From Synechococcus sp. (GTDB taxonomy: Bacteria; Cyanobacteriota; Cyanobacteriia; PCC-6307; Cyanobiaceae), in NCBI GenBank assembly GCA_047285535.1, contig JBJBDC010000001.1, positions 256,136 to 320,135 of the forward strand: 64,000 nucleotides of DNA, written 5' to 3'. Position numbers and translations under genes: made by a program. This document shows positions 10,611-19,603 of the stretch, one piece after another. How positions within the stretch are numbered: the first letter of the stretch is position 1; each line of letters begins with the position of its first letter. The notes below the pieces were generated by a model. The model saw only the letters and a program-made list of their open reading frames with translations, was not told the DNA's origin and ran no database searches.

Positions 10611-11189
10611 ATGGCTAAAGACTCAGTTCCGGAATCGAAGGTTTCTGACAATTCAGAAAACGCCAATAGGGACTATTTCGAGACTGCATTGTCTCTGCTT
10701 GAATTAGAAAGACAGCAGTATGAATCTGATAAAAAGACTACCTTGGAGTGGATAGCTGATTATGGTTCACGTATTCAGAAGATCGAGAACCAGTTGAGGC
10801 TACGTGATACAGATATCGGATTAATGACTAGCGATCAAAAAAAAGAAATTAAAGGATTGGAGAAAGCAAGGACAAAGCTTTTTGCTAAAAACGAAAGGCT
10901 TTCAAGCCAGTTGGAAACGTGTTTGGAAAGAGAGATTTACCTTCGTTCTATTATGACCTCAGCATCGAAGGGAAGAGAATCCCTGAATTTGTCAAGGTTT
11001 TCGTTGTTCATAGCCTTTAGTGCTCTTGTAGTAAGTATTTATAGCGGTCATCGCTTCATGAAAGTTGAAGATAATACTCCGCAGCAGCGCTTACCTGCCT
11101 TGAAATCTTCTCCCTCCAATTCCGGTCATACAGAGAAAGAAAGCCCCTTTCCATTGAATTTGAAAGACTTAAATCAAAGAATACCTTAG
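10611..11189 (+). CDS. Hypothetical coiled-coil protein with one C-proximal TM helix
   Basis: 192-aa ORF, charged helical N-terminus, TM FSLFIAFSALVVSIY. Confidence 0.7.
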   Translation: MAKDSVPESKVSDNSENANRDYFETALSLLELERQQYESDKKTTLEWIADYGSRIQKIENQLRLRDTDIGLMTSDQKKEIKGLEKARTKLFAKNERLSSQLETCLEREIYLRSIMTSASKGRESLNLSRFSLFIAFSALVVSIYSGHRFMKVEDNTPQQRLPALKSSPSNSGHTEKESPFPLNLKDLNQRIP

Positions 11190-11994
11190 CTTTGAAGTGT
11201 GCTAATTTTAATTGTTTTAGCTATTTAAGGCTTATTCATCCAGTTCATTATTGAATTAATACTGTGAGTGATCTGAATACTACTGTCATCCTCTAGCTGC
11301 CAGTCTCCCCCTAGGAGAGGTCCCTTACACTCCTTCCAGGCAGCTAGAAGGAGTGGTGAAGTCTTTGTTGAAAACCTGAACCTAATTGTCGATTGAAGTG
11401 AAGCGTCTGTCTGAGTTTAGTCTGACAAAATTCAATGCATTTCCAGTGGATGCAGGGCTGGAGCATGAAGAGATCAACTGTTAGATCTCGAGAACGATTC
11501 CAGGTGGCTATCACGTTTACTGAGAGGTGTCTTTGCGAGGCGGTTATCCTCGGATTGAGTTGCAAAGTAGACTGCGTGCCTGCCCAGCGAATAAATCTCC
11601 GTTGAGTGCCACCCCAGCTACAGCGCTTGAATGTCTGTTGCGATCCCCGAGGTATGGGTAGATCGTGCACTATTCGATTAGGATTAATCAATCACTAGAT
11701 GGCTCATCTCTTGCTCCTCTAGTCGATTCTCACACCCCTACTTTCGTTCTACATTACATGCTGATTCTATTGGGGCGAATAGGGCCAGATTTTGTGGTTT
11801 TCCTATAACCGCAGGGCCCATGATTAAGAGAGGCTTATCTTTACAAATAGTTGTAATCTCTACATTGTATTTGATTGATGGGTCAAGGGATGAATTGTCT
11901 TTTATGCATCATCAGCGTCAGTAGGGCGATTTTTTATTGAATAAAAATACGACGGCAATCAATGGCCTTGGTTTTGGCTGTTTGAAGAGAGTCG

Positions 11995-12714
11995 TTATGA
12001 TAAGCTCCTGTGATACCGTCCAAGAATTAGGGCAATGAGCAAGGCTATATAGAGCTGACCTACTAGTGAGATCACAACTTCAGATACTCTGCCCACAAGA
12101 TCTGTTGTGACAATATTTGTACCCACTGTAGATAGCATCGCAAATGATGATGCCATTAATGCAGGAGCAAAATATAGGCTCGGATTGGAATGGTTGAGTG
12201 CTGATTGCATCGTCTCGACATCGAAGACATTTGGATGCAAGACCCAAATGGAATTTAATAAAATCCCTCCGCCGACTCCAATCAGAAGATAGCCTGCAAC
12301 AGCACCCATCACGACCCGAGCGGTCACGAGAGGTTCTTGACTGAGTACGCGAATAAAGCGAATTTCAGTCAATCCAATAAAGATCAACCATAAAATAAGA
12401 CGCACTGGTGCAGACCATTTAGTTATTGGCATTCCTTCTACTAAGAAGCTTAGATTCCAAAGAACCTCAACAAATACGACACTAAATCCCAGCCAATATA
12501 GAATTTTGCGATCCATTCCTCGCAATAATGAATAGGGGGCAACACCTATGATCACGACTAAGGCCAAAACAACTAATTCGATTGATAGGAGGGTCGGGAA
12601 AAATAAACTCAGTGGTAATGTTGCAATCAGAAAGGCCTCGATCATTAGCAATCGTGTATATCCACGATGCCTATGGTGCATATGCTCGCTCTCTTGTTTT
12701 GTCAGTCTTTTCAT
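11995..12714 (-). CDS. Potassium-channel-like (Ion_trans_2-type) membrane protein
   Basis: Multiple TMs, VMGAVAGYLLIG, pore-like SFAMLSTVG, and GQLYIALLIALILGRY terminal helix. Confidence 0.75.
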   Translation of the reverse strand: MKRLTKQESEHMHHRHRGYTRLLMIEAFLIATLPLSLFFPTLLSIELVVLALVVIIGVAPYSLLRGMDRKILYWLGFSVVFVEVLWNLSFLVEGMPITKWSAPVRLILWLIFIGLTEIRFIRVLSQEPLVTARVVMGAVAGYLLIGVGGGILLNSIWVLHPNVFDVETMQSALNHSNPSLYFAPALMASSFAMLSTVGTNIVTTDLVGRVSEVVISLVGQLYIALLIALILGRYHRSLS

Positions 12715-13595
12715 TCTGTCGAAGGTGGAAGCTAATGACTTCTGTTGATAGCTTAACTTGATTTTTTAAAATTACATTATTTGTGAAGTTTATGGAAATT
12801 TTCGTGGAGTGACGGCGCTCTATTGTCAGCCTCGAGTCTTAACAGGATTTGTATTGAGTCTCTTAAGTAATGATCGCCTTGAGTCTTTCGTCTGTCCTTG
12901 TCCTTGCTCCATTGCGTTCTCACGGGTTTCGCTACGGCTCACCTTTGAAGGTTTCAGCCGTGTCTTTCTCTGAGCTATTCAGATCTTGTTGCCAAGCAAA
13001 CGGAACTGGGGAGGCAGATTCTTTTTTGTTTCAGCAAGACAATGCGATTGAGTTTCTACCGATTGAAGGCGTCATTGGTATGTTGTTTTGATGCTCTTTC
13101 TCTGATCTGATCGGCTAAATAATATCTGGAGTACTGGATAGTGTGGTTTTTGACCGCTTAATCTGTACTTTTACTGTGAGCCTTTTGGCTGGAATGGTGG
13201 TTGACGCATGAAGTTCAGACAATCATGAGAGTGCCTTGCGCTAGTGGAGAGCGAGTGATCTCAAACAGGGGCTATGTCGCTATCGATAGCTTGGATCTGG
13301 CGTCAAACTCCATGAATGATGACTCTGAGTACTCGGAGTTTGCGATTGATGATGACTGACGACCACTAGCTCCTCGACTGAGCCAAGACTATGCAATGGA
13401 TTCGATCGATGCATCTCAGGTCTGAGTGCTGTGTGTTCCAAGTCCCTGCAGGGGCTGGTCAACTTACCCTTGAGATCGTAGTGCCAGTAAATTCGATTCT
13501 CGCCACTGACACTTCGATCTGATGCTCCTAGCCCTGGAGCGGCAGTTGCAGCAGAAGAGGATCAACAACGTGCGTGCAGTCAAGCTGATTCCCCT

Positions 13596-13826
13596 TTGGA
13601 TTTGCACTACAACCCATCGCTCAAGCTGAGTGACATAGCGCAACTGCAGGGCCTGATTCATGAGGCTGCTTTCAGCACTCGTTGCATCGAGACAGCCTCA
13701 CATTCCAAACATTTCGATTGGATTCATGACTTTCGGTCCAGTCTGATTTCAGCAACACCTCCACTCCATTGCTTCATGAGGAGTATCGGTAGAGCACAGC
13801 AGGATGAATTGAAAGAAAGGCTTTGA
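13596..13826 (+). CDS. Possible small hypothetical protein
   Basis: 76-aa ORF, TTG start, plausible composition only. Confidence 0.35.
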   Translation: MDLHYNPSLKLSDIAQLQGLIHEAAFSTRCIETASHSKHFDWIHDFRSSLISATPPLHCFMRSIGRAQQDELKERL

Positions 13827-13989
13827 GACCAATCCCTCGGTCGGTTTGGTCCCCTCCCGCTGTGCCTGAGCAGTGAAACGCAGGTTGTGACTGCCTAACG
13901 TTATCTCCAAAGCACCGGAATCAATCACGCTCAATTGTGTCGAGAATTACATAACTGCTCGACACAATTGAGCCCAGTGGCCCAATGCC

Positions 13990-14187
13990 TCAGCTGCCAA
14001 CAGGTTGAGGACTCCATCCAACCAGCTCTTCAAGATTGACTGATCTCATAATTGCCCTTTCGGCCTTGGTGCTCAGAGCTGCATGGATTGATTCGCCTGA
14101 TGGCTTCTGATAACTGAATACGTCAAAGCTTGAAGGGTTTGATGCGACGGACACTTGTCTCCCGTCACGCAGTAGATATTGAGCCAA
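13990..14187 (-). CDS. Small hypothetical protein (65 aa)
   Basis: MAQYLLRDGRQVSV...; ATG start, protein-like sequence. Confidence 0.55.
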   Translation of the reverse strand: MAQYLLRDGRQVSVASNPSSFDVFSYQKPSGESIHAALSTKAERAIMRSVNLEELVGWSPQPVGS

Positions 14188-14493
14188 TGGTGTGCAAAAT
14201 CAAAGCCATTTATCTCCTGCCGTTCGGGCCAAAGCAACAAATGTCAGAGGATCCATTCCTACCCCCTTCCCTTGCGGGGATCTGGCTTGTTGGCAAAGCT
14301 GCCGCTTCTCATTTTCCCATGGCTTCACTGCTCCTACAGGCAGGATCACAATCAATCTTGAGTTTGGCCAAAGAGGGATTCATGGATTCCAGATATGAGT
14401 CACTTATTGGCACTAAAATCTTAAACTGTAACTAAAAAGTTGAGATATTGATGCACTATATTCAATTGAATTCTTTCAGAGAACATACGCGTT

Positions 14494-14527
14494 ACAACAA
14501 CAACAACAATATCATCATCATCATCAT
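14494..14527. repeat. Compound trinucleotide microsatellite, about (ACA)5 then (ATC)5
   Basis: ACAACAACAACAACAATATCATCATCATCATCAT read directly. Confidence 0.85.
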
Positions 14528-14844
14528 TAATTATCTCTTGTTGATTCTGCTTGATCGAGTTGTTCTCGGCACTGAGGGGATGGACAAGGCTTAACACTCA
14601 TCAACTTGGTTTCATTTGTCCTTTTTAATGCTTAATCTCGATTTTTATGGCTGAGTTTTACTTTGTACGCAAGTCTTGAACAGCGTCGCATCTCGCTTCT
14701 CTGAGGCAACGCCTCACGTAGACACGTCAGCTTTATGTTTATTAATAGTAGCGGTCGCCATTGAGCATGATATGGCGACCTTAATGAGGTTGTAAGTAAG
14801 CTGGAAAAAACGAGCTGATCTCGCCAGCGATTGTGAATTCTGCA

Positions 14845-15192
14845 ATGAACAAGACAACTCTGCTCAGCATGGCAGCCATTCTCGCTTCAACTTCAGTGTT
14901 GACCAGTGCCTCTTATTCTGCTGTTCACAGCTGGCCTGATTCTGCAAATGTTCTTGAGCAACGCATCGAAAAGTTTTCAAATGATGCTTGGACTGCTCTT
15001 GCACAAAGTGATCCTAATCAATCGAATCTGATTTCCAGATATTGGGGTAATGGTGGGGGGCGTCGTTGGGGTAATGGAGGTGGACGCCATCGTTTTTGGG
15101 GCAATGGAGGTCGTCCAGTCCGTAGATGGGGAAACTTCCCCAGCCCCCGTGTTTTTCTTAACGGCCCGAGACGCGGATTTGCGAATTGGTAA
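14845..15192 (+). CDS. grrA: GrrA/OscA-family Gly-rich repeat RiPP precursor (substrate of cyclophane-forming radical SAM enzymes)
   Basis: Signal-like N-terminus, LEQRIEK leader motif, core with WGNGG repeats (WGN x4), FLN and terminal GFANW. Confidence 0.85.
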   Translation: MNKTTLLSMAAILASTSVLTSASYSAVHSWPDSANVLEQRIEKFSNDAWTALAQSDPNQSNLISRYWGNGGGRRWGNGGGRHRFWGNGGRPVRRWGNFPSPRVFLNGPRRGFANW

Positions 15193-16055
15193 ACGCAACG
15201 CAGCAGATGCTGTCTATAGCTTTACAGACTTCTCTCAAAGTTCGTGCTTTGTTTGAACGAGCTTTCAATTCAATCGTTTGAGTTTCTGGCTTCTGTCTCG
15301 ATTGCGGCTCCATCACCTCTTTCAAGTCTTCTTGAGGGTGATTACATGGATTGCAGCTTTGACTTGATGGAGTCCATCTCGATTTCAATCTTTGTAAGGT
15401 CTTTGCCCAGAAGATGCCTTCGATTAGAATTGACAAATTATGATTTAATTTACATGTGATTTCCGCTCTATAAGCCCCCTAAAGGCTCAAGCTTCACGCC
15501 ATAGTAGAGGTGCTTCTTGAATGAGAAATCAGTGACCATATGGCTTATTGATTGCATGCAAAATTGGCTGCTATTGTTGTTTGCCGTGAACTTATTTGGT
15601 CGTTTGTCTTGTGTTCTTCCACACATGGCTGATGACAGTTTGACACCTTCCGTCCTCAGAAATTCTGTATTATTCACATGTCTGAATATTCATAAGCTCA
15701 ATGTTTACTGTATTATTCTTTGCCTATCTTTTTGCTGTGGTCGCGATTGGATATCTTATTTGTAGAACGATGACTTGATGTTAAGTCTGATTAGTATGAA
15801 AATTATGAATCGGCCAAAGTATTATTCAGCTACCTTCATGGAAGTACGCTGCTGCTATAGAGATAACTTAAATTAGCCGCTAGTGACGAGCTGAATTTTA
15901 GTGAGGATTCCCGGAATAGGCTTTTCCTGGCCTGCCGCTTGGATCGATTGAGTTGATCTTGCGACGGTCAGCTTATCCAGCTGCGATTCATCAACGTTGC
16001 CGAGCTCTTGTTGAAAGCTATATTTTCACAGAATATGCCTAGATCAATGACATAG

Positions 16056-16842
16056 TCAATCGAACAAGCAGCGATTGATCAAAGCCTCATCCTCCTCTGT
16101 CCTCTATCCGGGATTTCCTGCAACGTAGTCATCAATGGAGTCAATCGTTCTTGTCTCTGCATTTGATAGGAGAGATATTTCGATATGGCTATCTTCTGGC
16201 ATGACATAGAATCTGTTTGTTCTGGTATCACAATCGCTTTACAAGTAATCGCAGCATGACCTGATTCAATTGACCCATGAATTGATGATCGTTGCTCCTA
16301 TTGGCAGTTTCTTAATTGGTTAGCATTGTAAGTCTTCAATGGCATCGTTTTTTGGAGCAAATTATTCTTGATAAATCTTCCAGAACTCCTCTGTTGACCT
16401 AACGTTTTCACCCGCCTAGCGCAGGTGTAATATCTCGCGACCAAACGTTTGAGGTAATGCTAAACTGGCATGGCTAGATGTATGTATTTTCAATCATTTT
16501 CAGGTTTGTAGTTATTTCTTCTCCTGTTCAATTGGCTTTGAAAAACGAGTATTTTTAAAGCTTTCTAGATTAAACCAGTGATGGTATGCGTGTTTAGCAC
16601 TTCCACAAATCGGTGCTATTGCCGCAACTCAATCGGAACAAAGTGCACTCTCCCCAATGAAAGGCTAGCTGAGCACCCATGGAGCAACCAACAACCAGAA
16701 AGATCTGTTCAATGCCGAAGTATTGAGCAAGGACATGATTGATCGCAAAGATCTTTTCATCAGATAGCACTTCGTAGGCTTCGAAACTCATCAATGCCTC
16801 TTTCAGGACGACTCCTGACTGCGATTTAAACTCGCCAAGTTG
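16056..16842 (-). pseudogene. Degraded homoserine O-acetyltransferase (MetX)-like alpha/beta hydrolase
   Basis: Collinear fragments in shifting frames: LGEFKSQSGVVLKEA, LVVGCSMGAQLAFHWG (GxSxG), VAAIAPICGSAK, AITCKAIVIPEQTD, PEDSHIEISLLSNAETRTIDS; internal stops and deletions. Confidence 0.75.
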
Positions 16843-17080
16843 TCTTTAGAGGGTGCTATCTATCAAATATGCTGATTGAAAATTAGGCTCAACCAATCTA
16901 TGGATCCAGGACTTTGATCAAGACACCATGGAGGCACGCCATGATCGTGAAGTTGAATTCAGCTCAACGCTCATGACCGCCGTCTGCGCACTATCTCTAT
17001 CCGGCCTGGTCTTTTCCCGACCTTGACGCCCAAATTCTTCCTAGTTGCTAGAACTGTTGATATAGCTCGCTTCTCAGAAC

Positions 17081-17287
17081 ATGAGTGAATACTGGACAAA
17101 CCGCATGACCGTTCCCGTCGTCCGTGCTAAAGAGTTTGCAGACCTATCTGCTTGCTATCAAGAAGCACTCAAGGACCGTGGTGCACTGGATTGTACCTAC
17201 AAGCTCTGGTCTGAAATGACTGCTGCCGAGAAAGCCAAAGTGAATAAAAGACTGCCCAGCACTGCTAACAACTGGTACGTGAATTGA
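17081..17287 (+). CDS. Small hypothetical protein (68 aa)
   Basis: ATG start, GC-richer coding-like codon usage, MSEYWTNRMTVPVVRAKEF... Confidence 0.65.
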   Translation: MSEYWTNRMTVPVVRAKEFADLSACYQEALKDRGALDCTYKLWSEMTAAEKAKVNKRLPSTANNWYVN

Positions 17288-17383
17288 TTGGATCGCAACA
17301 ATCTGTAAGTCCTTGTGACTCGAGGACAAGTAATCATCGCTGTTTTGAGTGTTCGTCTTTGCTCTTATTTTCAGCAGCCAATC

Positions 17384-17405
17384 AAAAACCCCGCTCGTGG
17401 TGGGG
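17384..17405 (-). terminator. Rho-independent terminator, copy 1
   Basis: Minus strand CCCCAC-CACGA-GCGGGG-TTTTT; 21/22 identical to copy 2 at 18032-18053. Confidence 0.65.
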
Positions 17406-17547
17406 CGTTAATCAACAGCACTGAAGAGGATTACGTGCCTATCGCATCTGCTTAGGGGGTTGGCTCTTCCCAAGTGATAAATGGTTCCGTCCCTGCGACC
17501 TTCACGCGGTCAACTTCCGATTCGCTGCAGCACTGTTTGAGTCAATA

Positions 17548-17575
17548 CTTCCTCTTGATGGAATCCAAGAGGAAG
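17548..17575. terminator. Hairpin downstream of the Cys-rich gene
   Basis: CTTCCTCTTG-ATGGAATC-CAAGAGGAAG, 10-bp perfect stem, 32 bp past the stop codon. Confidence 0.55.
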
Positions 17576-17607
17576 CAAAGTGAAAACCTAATTTGAAGGC
17601 ATATTAT

Positions 17608-17892
17608 TTAATCTCTTTTGCATATTTGTGTGCCACCATTGAGTGATATGTCTATGCATGTGTCTAGTGTAAGCGTTTTATGCATGTCTTCACAGTCCAC
17701 GCCATGTTTGCAATAGCAAGCTCCGCCTGGGTCACACGTCCATTTCTGTATTCGTGGTTGTGTCTTGATTTTGTTTACGTTTGCGTGAGGTGTTCGATTA
17801 ACGCCAGCTTTCCGTTGTGCGTAAGAGGGTTGTGCCATCAAATTTAATGCGGCAAGTAAGCAAAGGGGCAAAACAAGAAGTGAGGTTTTCAT
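17608..17892 (-). CDS. Secreted Cys-rich miniprotein (94 aa)
   Basis: Signal MKTSLLVLPLCLLAALNLMAQPSYA, basic linker, six-Cys C-terminal domain (CDPGGACYCKHGVDC...C...C). Confidence 0.75.
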   Translation of the reverse strand: MKTSLLVLPLCLLAALNLMAQPSYAQRKAGVNRTPHANVNKIKTQPRIQKWTCDPGGACYCKHGVDCEDMHKTLTLDTCIDISLNGGTQICKRD

Positions 17893-17971
17893 CGTTGTAA
17901 GAGGTGTTTTCAGGACCAACTGAATGCCACGTATCGAATCCATGCGTGAATCATTGCTTGCATTAAATTTG

Positions 17972-18014
17972 AAAGTATTAATTGAAATCAACCTGATCTG
18001 TGATCTTGCTCACA
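17972..18014 (-). promoter_or_regulatory. Predicted class-II CRP-activated promoter: perfect site 17999-18014 plus -10 TACTTT (17977-17972)
   Basis: TGTGA-TCTTGC-TCACA with a 21-nt gap to a TAnnnT box; site centred at -41.5 for a TSS at ~17965. Confidence 0.65.
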
Positions 18015-18030
18015 ACGATCAGAAGGCACT

Positions 18031-18053
18031 AAAAAACCCCGCTCGTGGCGGGG
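18031..18053 (-). terminator. Rho-independent terminator, copy 2, after the double-glycine peptide gene
   Basis: Minus strand CCCCGC-CACGA-GCGGGG-TTTTTT, 21 bp after the stop codon. Confidence 0.8.
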
Positions 18054-18074
18054 TGGTCAGGTCACTCACTGATC

Positions 18075-18260
18075 TCAATTTTTACCGTCATTACTTGATG
18101 TACTGGTGTAGCTCGCAGAACGGTTGTTGCCGTAGCTGTAATAGCAACTCCTTCCCCAGCCCCCGGAGATCGCATGCAGGTCCTCCGGCTTGATTTCCTG
18201 ATCCATCTGTTCTGAATCCACTGGTGATTCATCCATCTGTTTTGAGTTGATGTCAGTCAT
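18075..18260 (-). CDS. Double-glycine leader peptide precursor (CCRG-2-like RiPP/bacteriocin precursor), 61 aa
   Basis: Leader ends EIKPEDLHAISGG; core WGRSCYYSYGNNRSASYTSTSSNDGKN; followed by a terminator. Confidence 0.75.
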   Translation of the reverse strand: MTDINSKQMDESPVDSEQMDQEIKPEDLHAISGGWGRSCYYSYGNNRSASYTSTSSNDGKN

Positions 18261-18435
18261 GGTGATCGGTGTCTTGAAGTGAACGAACCAGAAGGGATGG
18301 CTCCTCCCTTTGTGTAGATCCAAATCGATTGAATCTTCTGAGGAAGAGCTGAGAGTTCAGCGCTGGGCTGCCCCCCTGACTCCTTCAGCTTCTCTGAACT
18401 CACCGCCTCACTCGCTGATGGCCATCACCCAGGTC

Positions 18436-18451
18436 TGTGATCTTGCTTACA
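18436..18451. promoter_or_regulatory. Near-perfect CRP-type site TGTGA-TCTTGC-TTACA
   Basis: One mismatch; same spacer and 5' flank as the 17999 site; upstream of the GG-peptide gene. Confidence 0.5.
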
Positions 18452-19417
18452 GAGTCCAATGCAACCAGCTGAAGCAGCAGTGTGTAGTTTCAGCCTGGTG
18501 CCGGAGTTGAACAGGCCTGAGGAGTTCTTGGTTCAGGCCAGAGGAATGAGGCCCTTGGCTCTGGTGGCCTGAGCACCATCAGGCTTCTTGACCTGCGAGT
18601 TTTTGTAGGTGTTTAAGCAGTTGTCTGCTTTGCGCGGTGGTGACCCCGTTCCAGTCGTTCTCGAGTGCTGTCGTGGGTTTCCCTTTGGCTGTGAATCAGG
18701 TCTACGGGCACTTTCCAACAGATGGAAGCAGAGACAGCCGTCTTCAAGGGTTTGGTTTCAGGGCCATTTCAGACCAGGTTCCACGGGAGCATCTTGACGG
18801 TTTTGATTCATTCCTCACAGTCACTGTTGCTAGTAACGGTGAGCTACAACGCCAGGCTTTGTCAGGTGATCATTCAGCAGCGTTCACCATCAAAGAAGGG
18901 AATCCGCTGTTCCTATCGGTGCAGGCCGGGGAACGGTCATCGTCCTGCACCTTCCAGCGGTGGCGCATCTGTTTGAAGCAGAGCAATGGTGGATGACTGA
19001 TCTGATCCACGTTGATGAACTTTATAGGCTTCTTCAAAACTGATTACCATCCGCTTTCTGCATTTGCAAATGTGGCGGTGATGACCACTTGCACTGTTAA
19101 ATTGCTGGCGCTTAATCTATTGATTAAATTTGGTGATGGGTCAATCAGTAGGCAAGATTTACTGCGCCAGTATAACTATTTTCACACAATTGATTAGCTC
19201 TATGAGGATTTATTGGTAGCGATCACTACGCCCAACACGCTTTTGTTCATGCTGAACAACAGCACTCTATATTTCCATCAGAGTTAGAAAGATTCAAACA
19301 ATGTCCTATGAAAGAAACATCACTGGCACCTACGGATTTGAGCTTCCTTGGCCCAATCCTTGCGGCGTCAGTTCTAGATTATTTTTGGCCTTCTCCTAAT
19401 TAGATACCACTTAAGTT

Positions 19418-19603
19418 ATGGACGAGCACACTTTGGAATTCTCGATGAATGAACGCTGTGTTCGAGCGTTGCATTCAGCTGTTTGTGTGGCTTTAGAGAA
19501 GTGGACAGGTCAGGGTGAACTTGATCAAGAATGCTTAATTGGTGTCAAAACAGCGTTGCAAGGTTGCGTTTTTGAATTTGACCTATTGCGATCCACGGAG
19601 TGA
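19418..19603 (+). CDS. Small hypothetical protein (61 aa)
   Basis: VRALHSAVCVALEKWTG...DQECL pattern, resembling small picocyanobacterial island proteins (from memory, unsearched). Confidence 0.65.
   Translation: MDEHTLEFSMNERCVRALHSAVCVALEKWTGQGELDQECLIGVKTALQGCVFEFDLLRSTE

Noticed and set aside
17893..17991. 127-aa version of the Cys-rich ORF
   Set aside because: The extension covers the predicted promoter and would bury the signal peptide; ATG 17892 is preferred
18530..19200. Several overlapping ORFs in different frames
   Set aside because: No frame has convincing motifs or start signals; probably gene debris
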